Origin: Octopus sinensis
Taxonomy: Eukaryota
Assembly: GCF_006345805.1 (NCBI RefSeq)
Contig: NC_043003.1
Coordinates: 114,452,001-114,516,000, forward strand
Direction of reading: 5' to 3'
DNA: 64,000 nt
Shown one piece after another: positions 1-13,200 of the stretch. The position numbers were made by a program, and so were the translations under genes. The stretch's first letter is position 1; the number at the start of each line of letters is the position of its first letter. The notes beneath the pieces were generated by a model. That model was not told the DNA's origin. It did no database searches and worked only from the letters and a program-made list of their open reading frames with translations.

Positions 1-966
1 TGTCCTATTTCTGAATAGGACATCACACATGCGATTAGCAGCAACTAAAAAATGGGACTGCTTCCCTATGCATCACGATGTTATCACCAAAGCAATATAT
101 AATGCCATTCGTAGGAAAAGACTGCTCTGGAATAAATATAGAACACCCCTCTATTATTGATTACATAAACCAACACCAGTTTCAAGTCTTGGATCCAAGA
201 CAGGAGGTTTGAAGTGGGAAGAGGGTAGCTAAATCGATTAAATCGACCCCAGATTTCAACTCGTACTTAATTTGTCGACCCCGAAAAGATGAAAGGCGAA
301 GGTGATCTCAGTGAAATTTGAATTGAGTGTGATGACGGAGAAAAAGTTACCCAGCACGGCTTTTAACGATTCAGTCAGCTTGCTACCTTAAGTACAAACG
401 CAAGTAACAACACGAGGAATATTGGCGGAACATTCCCGCCCAAACTCAAGTGTAAACGTAAAGATGGATATTGTTATTTGCGACCGACAAGAAAATGTAT
501 GTATCATCATTACAGCTCAGCTGTCCTGCTGATATAAATATCTCTTTGAAAATCAAAGGGAAAGTGAATAGCTACAGAAACTTCTTCGAAACCTCCAGTT
601 TCTATATCCAGATTAAATATTCACATTTATGTCAATAACAATTGGTGTCCTTGGTTTTGTGTTTAGATGTTTAAGTGAGAATCTGGATGAGTATTGAAGC
701 AGAAAAAAGGGAAAACAAAGGGAGGAGTACAAAAAGGACATGAGGGAGAATTAAGCAAGAAGGTACTACACAATCAATTCCATGCAGCGGCACCAAAAGT
801 TGTTGGAAAATAGGTGGGATTGGTTGATGAAGGGAACCGTAAAAAATGAGACCGAGAGCTGGCAGGGCAAGACCAAAAGGAAAAGGAAAAGAAATCAACC
901 AGCTAACTCGCATATTACAAATATGACAGCAAGTGGAACAGTAAAAATGTGCAAGTTTAGAATGTG
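1..966 (+). mobile_element. R4/Dong-clade RLE non-LTR retrotransposon 3' fragment (family A), degenerate and interrupted by a SINE (about 195-390) and a 188-bp insertion (689-876)
   Basis: Manual translation gives a zinc-knuckle remnant and HDVITKAIYNAIRRK (1-120), RLE-type DIVI..RQE..C...SCPAD..I..K and LQFLYPD..FTFMSITIGVLGFV (450-662), and the C-terminal KEINQLTRILQI..SGTVKMCKFRM* (889-966). Confidence 0.7.
195..390 (-). mobile_element. tRNA-derived SINE, head type B, degenerate
   Basis: Reverse complement resembles the copies at 2853 and 5637 (core ctttcatc..tcggggtcga). Confidence 0.65.
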
Positions 967-1644
967 AATACGATTCTGTTATGTACATTCAAACGATGCA
1001 GCTTTGTTTCTTTATTAGAATCAAATTCGTTCGTCGGAGGCAGTCATCAAATAATTAATAGAAAGTAACATACATACATACACACATACATAGTGATTGG
1101 TTGGCTACTTTTTTTTCCTTTCATATTTTGCTGTTGTGGTAGAGTATTATTAGTCCATTGCTGTGTTATCGATAGTACAAATTAGTGATTAATATTACTT
1201 CGGTTATGCCTATTGTATACCTCTCTCTGATTATTCAGGTTATATTCCGCTGTCACAATTAGTTAGATTTGCTTCCATGATCGAATTTTCAGATTGTGTT
1301 GATATTTCTGTTTAATTTATCCTTTCCTTTGCTATTTATCTCTCTTACATTGTTGTATTATCTCGTCTCATTCATGTAGAATGCACTTATTTCCATGACT
1401 GTTGATTGATAGCCGAATGTTGGACGTACAGTTCTTTAAAAATACCATACAGACATCTATATACAGATCTAAACATTCCTATTATTCCACCACAAAGGTA
1501 AATTTATATCTGAAATACTACAATTTAAAGTTACACAGTAACAACATCACCAAGACACCACTAGGGCCACAAAAATTACACAGCGCCAGCGACCACCACC
1601 ACTGCAATTATCGACCTGACAACACAGCCAGTATTCACATTAAT

Positions 1645-1672
1645 ATTAATAATGATAATGATGATGATAATG

Positions 1673-1710
<38 letters not shown>
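1645..1710. repeat. (AAT/GAT)n microsatellite
   Basis: Direct reading. Confidence 0.95.
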
Positions 1711-1712
<2 letters not shown>

Positions 1713-3144
1713 ATGCCTGAAATATAACTTCGGCAATAATTTCCCGCGCAGTCGCAGTAGTTCGGTATGACGTTGGAATCTTGAAGTGTAGAGAAGAGGA
1801 ACTAAAGGAGATGGACAGGAAGTCGAAAAAGCTCCTAACGATGCAAGGAGCCCATCATTCACATGCAGACAGTGGTCATCTCTACATAAAGAGAGCAAAT
1901 GGCGGAAGGGGTCTGATGAGTGTAGAAGACTGCATACTTAACGAACTCGAGAGCTTAATGAGATACCTATCCCAAAGTAAGGAAACCTTGCTAGTGACAG
2001 GATCGAGGGAGTATTGAAGCAGAAAAAAAGGGAAAACAAAGGGAGGAGTACAAAAATGACATGAGGGAGAATTAAGCGAGAAGGGACTACACAATCAATT
2101 CCATGCAGCGGCACCAAAATTTATTGGAAAAATAGGTGGGATTGGTTGATGAAGGGAACCGTAAAAAATGAGACCGAGAGCAGGCAGGGCAAGACCAAGC
2201 TTCGGCAACAATCGAGGTCAACCTTAGGAATGAGCAAGTGTTTCTGATGTGATATATTTGTAATAGAGTGGATGAAACAATTGCCCATGTCACAAACGAA
2301 TGCCCTAGACATGGTCCAAACCACGACAAGTTGTGGTGACACGACCAGGTTGCGAAAGTGCTACATTAGAAACTATGCGAAAAATGGGGGCTAGAGAGAG
2401 GCAAGACGTGGTATGAGGACAGACAGCAGAGAGTGGTGGAGTCGGAGTCTAGCAAAATCCTCTAGGTTTTCCCAATCCAAACAGATCAGGTGCTAGAACA
2501 CAACAATCTGGAGCTAGTGGAGGTGGATAAGGTGCACCTCATATGCTATATTGTTAAGGTTGCATGCCCCTTTAACCCACGAATAGTTGGAAACAAAGCG
2601 AAAGAAACCCTTTTAAGTACGAAATAGCCCGGCTATGGAAAATGAAGAAAGTGAAGAGAGTGTCAATTATTATTGGGTCCTTGGGAACAGTATCAGAAGG
2701 CATCAAGGGAAATAAAAAAGAAATCGGAATAGAGTTCCCAGTAGAACTGTTACAAAAGTTTTGGCTCCTTGGCACGGCCAGAATAATCAGGAAAGTATAG
2801 GATAGCTGAAAAGAACGAATAGCATGGTACCGTAGGCTGCAGGTAGTAAGCAGGGCGGCGAGCTGGCAGAAACGTTAGCACGACGGGTGAAAGGCATAGC
2901 CGTATTTCGTCTGCCGTTACGTTCTGAGTTCAAATTCCGCCGAGGTCGACTTTGCCTTTCATCCTTCTTGGGGTCGATAAATTAAGTACCAGTTACGCAG
3001 TGGGGTCGATGTAATCGACTTAATCCGTTTGTCTGTCCTTGTTTGTCCCCTCTGTGTTTAGCACCTTGTGGGTAGTAAAGAAATAGGTAGTAAACTCGTG
3101 ACGCAGGGGGTACATCAAAACCTGTGTTAAAGAGAAATAGTAAT
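1711..3144 (+). mobile_element. R4/Dong-clade RLE LINE, 5'-truncated (family B): RT thumb, zinc knuckle, RLE, 3' UTR; contains a nested SINE
   Basis: Translates to SAIISRAVAVVRY..EELKEMDRKSKKLLTM..LYIKRANGGRGLMSVED, then C..C...DETIAHVTNEC, HDQVAKVLH, FPIQTDQVLEHN, and IIIGSLGTV..LGTARIIRKV* (TAG 2798-2800). Several stops and frameshifts. Confidence 0.85.
2853..3084 (+). mobile_element. tRNA-derived SINE, head type B (ggcggcgagctggcagaaacgttagc), inserted in the LINE 3' UTR
   Basis: Full head, core and tail; flanking direct repeat aggtagtaa at 2841-2849 and 3085-3093. Confidence 0.85.
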
Positions 3145-3479
3145 AATGTGAAGAAGGGTGGAAGGGAGGAGAGGGTGGAGCAATACGGCGTTACATAATT
3201 TGATTGAATGTCACCACCACTACCACCACCCTCATGTTATATACATTAACAAAGTCTCTCTCCACCCATGACTTAAATTTTAATGGAAACATTTGCAACC
3301 AAAATAAATACCCAACTACACCCGACTCCTCCTTCCTCAGCCTCCTTTTTTTCTCATCCTCCTTTCTTCTCATCCTTCTACACCGTGTTAAAACACCAGT
3401 AAATGGTCTTTCCCGCTTTCACACAGCTACACACATAAATGAGCGCACAATTATGCAGCTTTAGAGGATCACACATGCA

Positions 3480-4546
3480 TACACATTCACACATACACAC
3501 AAATACATGCACTTACTCACACACACACACACACACACACACATGTATACACATTTGAGCACGCGCAGACAAGTAACCACATACATACATATACAATAAC
3601 AATAAATGCATGAAAATAAATTAATCATCTTTTCTCCTCTCTGTCCCCATCACCAGCATCACCACCACCACCATCTCTACCAACACCACCACCACCACAA
3701 CTAAAATCATCACCCCCCAAACCACTAACACCACCACCACCACCACTACCACCACCACCACCATCATACAAGTAACCCCGCTACCGACATCACCACAATA
3801 ATCATCGCTACCACCGCCATCATCTCTACCAACACCAACACCACAACTAATATCATCACCACCACCACCCAAACCACTAACACCACCACTACCACCACCA
3901 TACAAGTAAAGCCGCTACCCGACATCACCACAATAATCATCGCTACCACCCGCCATCACCGCCAGACTCAATCGTATGTTTCTGTGCTCGCTGTATGTAG
4001 GATAGAGAAGAGATGGTCACGGCTGGAATGCTTTTCATTAGTGGTGGTCTGTTCGGTCAGCTCTCACCAGCTAAATAACAACCACACCAATTACATTGCC
4101 ACCGTCACTATTCTTACTACTCCCACACCACGCCCACCACCTCCAACACTCTCTTCACCACTTAAAAATCCCCTTCTCCCCCTCATTTACCGCGGTATAA
4201 CTATCCCCACCACCACCACACACCAACAGCCATTCTTAAAACAAGAACACCACGACCACCACCACATACCACCTGGAGTGGACCTAATTATTTGGTCATC
4301 TTTTATAAAACTAATCAACGTAATGACGTACTCCCCAACCCTTACCCACTCCCCGATCTCCCCTTCCTCCACCTCTTCCTCCACCTTCTCCCCCTTCCCC
4401 TCCTCCAAACTTGTCACACACTCTGCTTTTCTCCCTCTCACGCTCTCCCTCTCCTGCTGCGCTTCCACTCTCCTGTCCCTCTCTCTCTTCCCCTCTCTAT
4501 TATTTCCGATACGCCCTTTCCTCCTACTCTAGCTTTTCACACACAC

Positions 4547-4604
<58 letters not shown>

Positions 4605-4725
4605 ACACACATACACATACATACACATACACACACACATACACACGCACACACACATAGACACACACTCTTCTCTCCTCGTAACGCAACATTCTAGTTT
4701 CCTCTTTCACACTCTCTCTCCTGTT

Positions 4726-4759
<34 letters not shown>

Positions 4760-5230
4760 GTCTCTGTCTTTCTTTCTACTCATAATATTCTTCTCTCCTT
4801 TAACACAAACTCTCTCCCTTTCTTCTGCTCGAACCCCATCTCTCTCACTCTCTTTCTTCCTCTCTCTCTCTCTCTCTCTCACTCTCTTTCTCTTGTCGTA
4901 AGACATCTTTCGTTCATTCCCCCGTCATGTTCTCTCTTCTCTCTCCTTCTTATCACACGGAACTTATATTTCATTCTATCTCCTTCTCACTTCTCTCTTA
5001 ATTCATTCAATTCTCCCATCCTTCATTTGTGTCTGTCTCTCAATCTTTCTGAATATCTCACTTTCCTCCACCACCTCTCTCTTTTCTCCTCCTCCTCCAC
5101 CTTCTCATCTCTCTCGCTCACTCTCTCATTCTCGCTCTCTCTCCTCCCCCACCTCTCACCTTTCTTTCCACTCATCTCTCTCGCTCATTCAGTCTCTCTC
5201 TCTCTCTCTCTACCTCTTTTCCTATCGATG
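3480..5230. repeat. Low-complexity block: (CA)n, (ACC)n, (CT)n
   Basis: Direct reading; explains ORF-track entries 3621-5305. Confidence 0.9.
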
Positions 5231-5636
5231 GATCTACTCCTCCCACTCCCATTACCCTCTCGTATGTTCTTCTGGCGAGGAATTACTTTCCAGACGGTTT
5301 CATAAAACCTGCCAAAACGAAGCGAACCCGCTTCAATCTGTGCTCCGTGACCTGTCTCTGGTTATATCTCGCTGCCTGACTCTGGTGCTGGGCCACAACT
5401 ATTAGGTCTCTATTCTCTCCTTTCAGGACATCGGACAAAATCCCTAGCGGCATACGATCTGCTTCTTTTCATTGTGAGTTCAAATCCTACCACATCAACT
5501 TCATTTTTCATCTTTCTGGAGTGGAAAAATAAAATACCAGTCACGTGCTGGGACCTATTTAATCGATAGTTGTTCCTCACTCGAGTCTACAGTGACCAAA
5601 TTATAGTTAGAAGAGGACGGTATATTAGTAGAAAAA

Positions 5637-5867
5637 GGCGGCGAGCTGGCAGAAACGTTAGCACGCCGGGCGAAATGCTTAGCAGTATTTCGTCTGCGTT
5701 ACGTTGTGAGTTCAAATTCCGCCGAGGTCGACTTTGCCTTTCATCCTTTCGGGGTCGATAAATTAAGTACCAGTTACGCACTGGGGTCGATGTAATCGAC
5801 TTAATACCTATGTCTGTCCTTGTTCGTCCCCTCTGTGTTTAGCCCCGTTGTGGGTAATAAAGAAATA
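5637..5867 (+). mobile_element. tRNA-derived SINE, head type B
   Basis: Near-identical to the 2853 copy; 15-bp TSD ggtatattagtagaa at 5619-5633 and 5868-5882. Confidence 0.9.
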
Positions 5868-6494
5868 GGTATATTAGTAGAATTGTTCAAAATAATCATC
5901 TCTCCGAGGTTAATGAAACAAAATACCAGTTATATATAGGGGGCCAATGTAATCGGCTGCCCTTTCCATCGAAATTGCTGTTTTGTACCGAAATCAGAAA
6001 TTATTTTCTGATCTTTACGATCTGAGTTCAAATCATTCTGATGTACAGTTTTGCCTTTCGACCATCCGAGGTCGATAAAATCAAGAAGCAACCAACGACC
6101 AATTCCTTGCCCTTCAAATAGCAGGCTTTGAACCTAAATTAGAGGTCAACAGTTGTGAGCTGGTAGAATTGTTAGTGCGTAGAACAAAATGCTTTGCGCC
6201 ATTTCTTACGATACTTTACGTTCTGGGTTTTAATTTCGCCATGCTTATTTCTTCAAGCATCTTAAGGATTTTCTAGGAAAGTTCTGCTTTCTAATATTAG
6301 AGGATAAATAGAAGGCCATATTGAGTGCATGGATCGAGTGCAAAACCCTGGGGGAAAGCGCTGAGATGATCCCAACTGTGTGGCAGGTACCGATGTATTT
6401 TCAGTTTCTATGGCGAAGTTCTTCAAGATCTTGTAGTTCTTCTTTTTTATCACAGTTTCTGGTTTCTGTCCATACCAGTTTCGTCGTCAACATC

Positions 6495-7070
<576 letters not shown>

Positions 7071-7458
7071 TATGAGCTTCTAATTTCAAGCCTTAAGTAG
7101 GAAGCAATCTTAATTACGTTGGTGTCATGTTGCCAAAGAATAATCTTGAATTCGTCGCTGTTGTATATTTGACAACATCCTCCTACAAAATACCCCTTCG
7201 GATGATCCTTTTACAGTAAAACATCGCCGGGTAAAACATCGAATCTTATTTGTTTATTTCAAAATATTAAGGGAAAAAAGCAACCGGTTTCCACTCGAAC
7301 GTCGGGGACTCAATTTAATTCAATTGAAATTGGGATGACGTAATTATTTACTGCAGCAAATAATAGATACGCATTGTACACATTCGGAAACGCACACACA
7401 AATTCATACGCATACATATACATTAATATATACGCATAACGTACATACATACATTATA

Positions 7459-7621
7459 GGCTCAGGCGTGGCTTTGTGGTAAGAAGTTTGCTTCCCAACC
7501 ACATAATTCTCGGTTCAGTCCCACTGCGTGGAAACTTTTGTACCGGAGCCTCAGGTCAACCAAAGCCACGTGAGTGGACTTGGTGACGGAAATCGAATGA
7601 GGGCCACCGTGTATATATATA

Positions 7622-7657
<36 letters not shown>

Positions 7658-7866
7658 TGTGTGTGTGTGTATTTGTCCACCGCCACTTCACAACCGGTGT
7701 TGATTTGTTTATGTGCCCGTAACTTAGCGGTTCGGTAACAGATAACGACAGAATAAGTACCATGCTTAGAAAACGATTCCTGAGGTCTGTTCGTCCGACT
7801 AAAAACACTTCATGGCGGTGCTTCGGCATGGCCGCAGTCTCCTAACTGAAACAAGCATAAGGCAAA
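7459..7866 (+). mobile_element. tRNA-derived SINE, head type A (~410 bp with internal TA/TG microsatellite), diverged
   Basis: A-box-like tggctttgtggt, B-box-like ggttcagtccc, tail gcatggccgcagtc..ctgaaacaag. Confidence 0.8.
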
Positions 7867-7963
7867 ATATCTGCACGTGTATACAGAGAGGATGCCGGTT
7901 CACAGATTTCCACATAAACGACTTTATTATTTAACGTTAGAATGGTTAGAATGATGAGCAGCA

Positions 7964-8384
7964 TACTCTCTTTACTCTTTACTCTTTTACTTGTTTCAGT
8001 CATTTGACTGCGGCCATGCTGGAGCACCGCCTTTAGTCGAGCAAATCGATCCTAGGACTTATTCTTTGTAAGCCCGGTACTTATTCTATCGGTCTCTTTT
8101 GCCGAACCGCTAAGTGACGGGGACGTAAACACACCAGCATCGATTATCAAGCAATGCTAGGGGGACAAACACAGACACACAAACACACACGAACATACAT
8201 ATATATATATATACATATATACGACAGGCTTCTTTCAGTTTCCGTCTACCAAATCCACTCACAAGGCATTGGTCGGCCCGGGGCTATAGCAGAAGACACT
8301 TGCCCAAGATGCCACGCAGTGAGACTGAACCCGGAACCATGTGGTTGGTTAGCAAGCTGCTTACCACACAGCCACTCCTGCGCC
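7964..8384 (-). mobile_element. tRNA-derived SINE, head type A, full length
   Basis: Reverse complement of ggcgcaggagtggctgtgtggtaag...gcatggccgcagtcaaatgactgaaacaagtaaaagagtaaaagagta. Confidence 0.9.
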
Positions 8385-9294
8385 TATCGCCCGTCTTTAT
8401 GTTCTGAGTTCAAATTCCGAAGAGGTCAATTATGCCTTTCATCCCCTTCGAAATCGATATAATAAGTATCAGCTGAGCACCAGGCCCGATCTAATCGACT
8501 TACCCTCTTCCCTAAACTTGCTGGCCTTGTGCCAAATTTGGAAAACAATATTTAAAGTAAATAATGTCATCGGTCCTTCCTTCCTTCCTTCCTTGTAAAT
8601 TATTATTTTAAGACTTCCTAAAAACTGCTTCAGTGGCAGTAATATCCATCGCCACCCTAACTCACCCCGGCACCCAAGCCACCGCTACCCCTAACCACAA
8701 ACAACACTTCTTCGACCGACCACGTTTATCAACAACTTCAACAACAATGGGAAGCGCAATGCTAGACATAAGGCCGTATTGTAGAAGGGACTTAATAATA
8801 GAGCGAGCTAGCTAACGGCTGTGTGAGGGGAAAAGTTAATTAAATTTCATGTATTTATATAGTTATTTATTTATTTATTACCCTAACTGATTGAGCAGAC
8901 AGTAATAACATAAAATAATAATGGTTTCTTAATTAAGCATCGCTTGCAGCTATAGCACTTTGATGAAAATGTTGCTGTCTTCTCCGATCCGGCGAGTTAA
9001 GAAAGCTCAGACTTGCTTAATAGGTAGACATGATACTGCACTGAAAACTGGAGGCATTCGAAAAGTTTTGTATAAGCAGCAAACAAGGTCGCAGCTGGTG
9101 GAATGCCGAGGCGGATGATTTACAGACGAATGTGTGAGTGGATGCGATGCGAGAGCTGTTTGCAAGTTATTGACTTCATAAACTAATCCAGGAATCTCTC
9201 TTTCTAGAGATGTGAAGAGTTTTTAATCTCACCGCATTAATAACATAATGAGTACTTGGATGATGTGATCTCGATTTCATCTCGTGATTTACAA

Positions 9295-9690
<396 letters not shown>

Positions 9691-9769
9691 GTGTATGTAT
9701 GGTGCCCCGGCATGGCCACAGCCTTAGACCTTAAACGTATAAAGGGCTAAAAGTATAAAAGAATATATA

Positions 9770-10860
9770 TTGGGTCATCCCATAAATATTGCTCTTTTTT
9801 ATACTTTTATTTTTCAAAATTAAAATAAACGAAATTCATTTTTAATCTAAAATATACTCTCCTTGATTTTCTACAATGCTCTTCCATCTATCTGGTAGAC
9901 TTGCAAGGGCCCTCTTCCAAAATCACTTGTCCGTGACGAAAATTACTCCTCCAGTACCTCGTCTACAGAATTAATATTTTTTCCATCCACATGATTTTGA
10001 CGATTGCAGTCTTAATGATAATCAGAAGGGACTATGTCCGACGAATATGGTGGGTGCAGCTTCATTTCCAATTCAAACTGCTCCAGCCTTTGGAATATCA
10101 TCCTCACTGTATGTGGCCGAGCATTATCCTGATGGAAGAACACGTTTCGTCTTGAAACCAAAGATGGTTCTTTTTCCTCTAGTGCTGACTTAAATGTTCA
10201 AACTGTTCGCAGCAGATCTCCTTTCTTACCGTTTAGTTTGGGTTTAAAAGTTCAAAGTGGACTAAACCTTTCATATCACACCAAACAGATAACAGCACCT
10301 TACGTGGATAAAGACCTTCTTTAGCTTGGGTGTGGGGGAGGTGTTTCTCCTTTACACACCCACTGACTTCGGCACTTGACATTTTTTATAGAGACCCCAT
10401 TTCTAGACAACAGTCACTATTCAGTCCAAAAGAAGTTCATTCGTGACACGTGACAGCAAAGAAGAGCACACATTCACTCTCTGTGCGCCATTAGACGCGA
10501 AAATTTTGTGAGGATCCCATTGACCGAAATTTTCTGAATTTTCCGAAGGAAGGCAGGTGTCGATGAATCGTTGAATGACGAAATCCAAGCTTCTCTGCTA
10601 GTTCCCCAGCGGTTATAATGAGATTTTGCTCCACCAGGGTTTGCAGGACGTCCTCGTCGAGCTCTACATATGTTCCAGAACGAGGCTCGTCTTCTAGACT
10701 GTAACTTCCGGCTCGGAATTTCTGAACCACCGTTGACACTGGTTTACGCTTATCGTCCGATCCTCATATACTGCATTAATATTCATCGCACTTCCCGTTC
10801 CGTTGTTGCCTTTATCGAACTCATAAAGCAAAGATATATCATAAACAATTCATAATTATT
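9770..10860 (-). mobile_element. Mariner (DD34D) transposon relic with a pseudogenised transposase
   Basis: Minus-strand motifs: LYEFDKGNN, KFRAGSYSLEDEPRSG, IVT..KW, LYPRKVLLSVW, FHQDNARPHT, HPPYSSDIVPSDYH, LPDRWKSIVENQGEYILD* (stop 9842-9844). TA followed by ttgggtcatccc at 9768 is a probable TIR start; the other TIR was not recognised. Confidence 0.9.
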
Positions 10861-11043
10861 TATGAATTCTATGTCATGTCACCTGCCGACAGCTTTATTG
10901 TGAAGAGATAGAATATGAGAGTTTATTGTGGCTTTATAGTGGTTTTGACTGCTATTTCTAGACATTTAAGGGTTTTTGCAAACTTTTCCGTTATAATTTA
11001 TTCATAATTATACACACTTATTTTATGTATATGTGTGTGTGTG

Positions 11044-11076
<33 letters not shown>

Positions 11077-12007
11077 GTGTGTTCGTGTCTGTGTGTACGT
11101 TGCAAGATTCCTGATTTCAAGCCGTGTGTAGAAACATATTATATTCGAATAGATAGTGCGTGTGTTTATTAGGCAAAAGTATATTTTTTAATGACCATCA
11201 CGAAATGCATACGTACATAGACACTTACATACATATATACATATATACATATATACATATATACATATGTGTGTGTGTGTGTGTATAGATAGACAGATAG
11301 ATAGATAGAAATATAGATAGATAGATATATAGATAGATAAAAAGATTGACAGTTAGATAGGTAGGTAGCTACAAAGATAAATAGATAGATAGATGTACAG
11401 ACAGACAGACAGAGAGACAGGCATACAGAGAGACAGACAGACAGACAGACATGCTTCTCTGCCTATATAGAAAGAGTCAACGATTGTACGCAAGATGCGG
11501 ATTGCTGGCCTCGTCTGTGACTTTTGCTGGCCTCTTTCTTTTTCTTTTGAAATGTTGCTGCGATCGTCTTTGCTTCGTTGTTGCTGTTTGCAAATGCTGC
11601 AGTTGTGGTTGTTGTAAGATATTATTATGACCGTTACTGTAAATTATCATTTTAGCTAGAAATGCTTTCAGGCATGCTCTCCACCACTTCCTATGTCACT
11701 AAACCTCTTTTCAATCTGAGTTCAGCCTGAAGATAGAGAAATAAAAAAGCCTTCGCACCAGCGTCGTATGAACATTCCATACAATGGCCGACCTTTTCCC
11801 CTGACCTCAGGCTACGCTCCAATATTGCTTTCATAGGACTCTCTTGGCTTCTTAGAAAACAATGACCAGTAATTGGTGAGACTGTTACCCTTAAGTACTG
11901 AGAGATGTTAGGGGAACTTGGTAGGGGTGTGACGATGCTGTTAGAGAAAACCTGGTTGGATCACCAGTTGGTGGGCAATGTAACTGATGTGCGTGCATAT
12001 TGTGTAG

Positions 12008-12047
<40 letters not shown>

Positions 12048-12338
12048 GTGTGTATGTATTTTTGGATATGTATACATATGCCTGCTCTTACGCATGTATA
12101 TGTGTGTGTTTGTGTTTATAAATATATGTTTTCGTGTATGTATTTATGTACGTAAGTATTTTTATTATTGTTATTTGTTAGAAGTAACAAAGTGACGCCA
12201 GCGCCCACAGTTTCGTTCGTGTCATATACATAAGCATGAATATATTAATAAGTTAATAGGTATGCTTGTTTGTATATTTATTTCTATAGATCCACACACT
12301 CACACAGACACGTACGTACACGTATATCCATGTATGTA

Positions 12339-12369
<31 letters not shown>

Positions 12370-12468
12370 CCACACACTCACACAGACACGTACGTACACG
12401 TATATCCATGTGTGTGTGTGTATGTATGTATATATACATACATACATACATAAACACACACACATATA

Positions 12469-13200
12469 CAGGGGGCCATAAATAAATTGTCCTCTAAATT
12501 ACGCAATAATGAATATAACACAGACATCACATTTTAACACATATATTTACCAAAATTACATAAAAATATCCTGAAATGCTAAAGATTAAATATATTCAAT
12601 AAAATCGCCATTTGCCTTCAACCCTGTCCGCCAGATGACTGCGGAATCTCCTGCAACTCTTCAGGGCGGTCTCCTTGTTTAAGTTGGTGAATGCTGCCAT
12701 AATTCTTGCTTTCAGTTCATCTTTAGTGTTACAAGGAGTTTAGTCAGTCTCTCGCTCAAATGCGCCCAACACATAATCAAGGGGTTTGCAGTCTGCGGAG
12801 TTACGCGACCAGATGTTTGGGGTGATGTCCTGAAAGCCATGATTGAATTCTCATGATTGTGTGGCATGGTGCAGACCCTTGCTGCGAGACATAGGGTCTT
12901 CCAGCAAACATCCTCCTGACCGAGGACAGCACTACCTCCTCCAGCCACTTGATGTAGGCCTCCGTGTTTACTCTAAGGTCGTGTAGGCAGATAAATGGCG
13001 GCATAACGTCACTATTCCTAGTGATAACTCCAATCATCTTGATGTTGACGGGATGTTTGATGTTTTTATCACTCTCGATACATCGATACATGCCCTGAGA
13101 TTGCACTGTTTCACCGTATTGGAGCTTCCGGTGTGAATGCTAAGCAGTAGAGCATGTGGTTTCCGAATTCATGGCAGTGTGACTTGCGTAAGGATAGATG
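12469..13200 (-). mobile_element. Tc1/mariner maT (DD37D-type) element, internally deleted
   Basis: TA|cagggggccata terminus at 12467. Minus strand reads KHPVNIKMIGVIT..DVMPPFI..LRVNTEAYIKWLEEVVL..GRPYV.QQ.SAPCHT..ITPNIW..N..DC.PLDY..PCNTKDELKARIMAAFTNLNKE, joined to an N-terminal remnant near 13090-13170. Confidence 0.85.

Noticed and set aside
1090-1290. Possible Penelope GIY-YIG remnant on the minus strand (YTIGITE..SKI*KEK)
   Set aside because: Too degenerate to support by eye.
6240-6420. Possible mariner C-terminal remnant (YFFKHLKDFLGK)
   Set aside because: Single short motif; no TIR or second motif.
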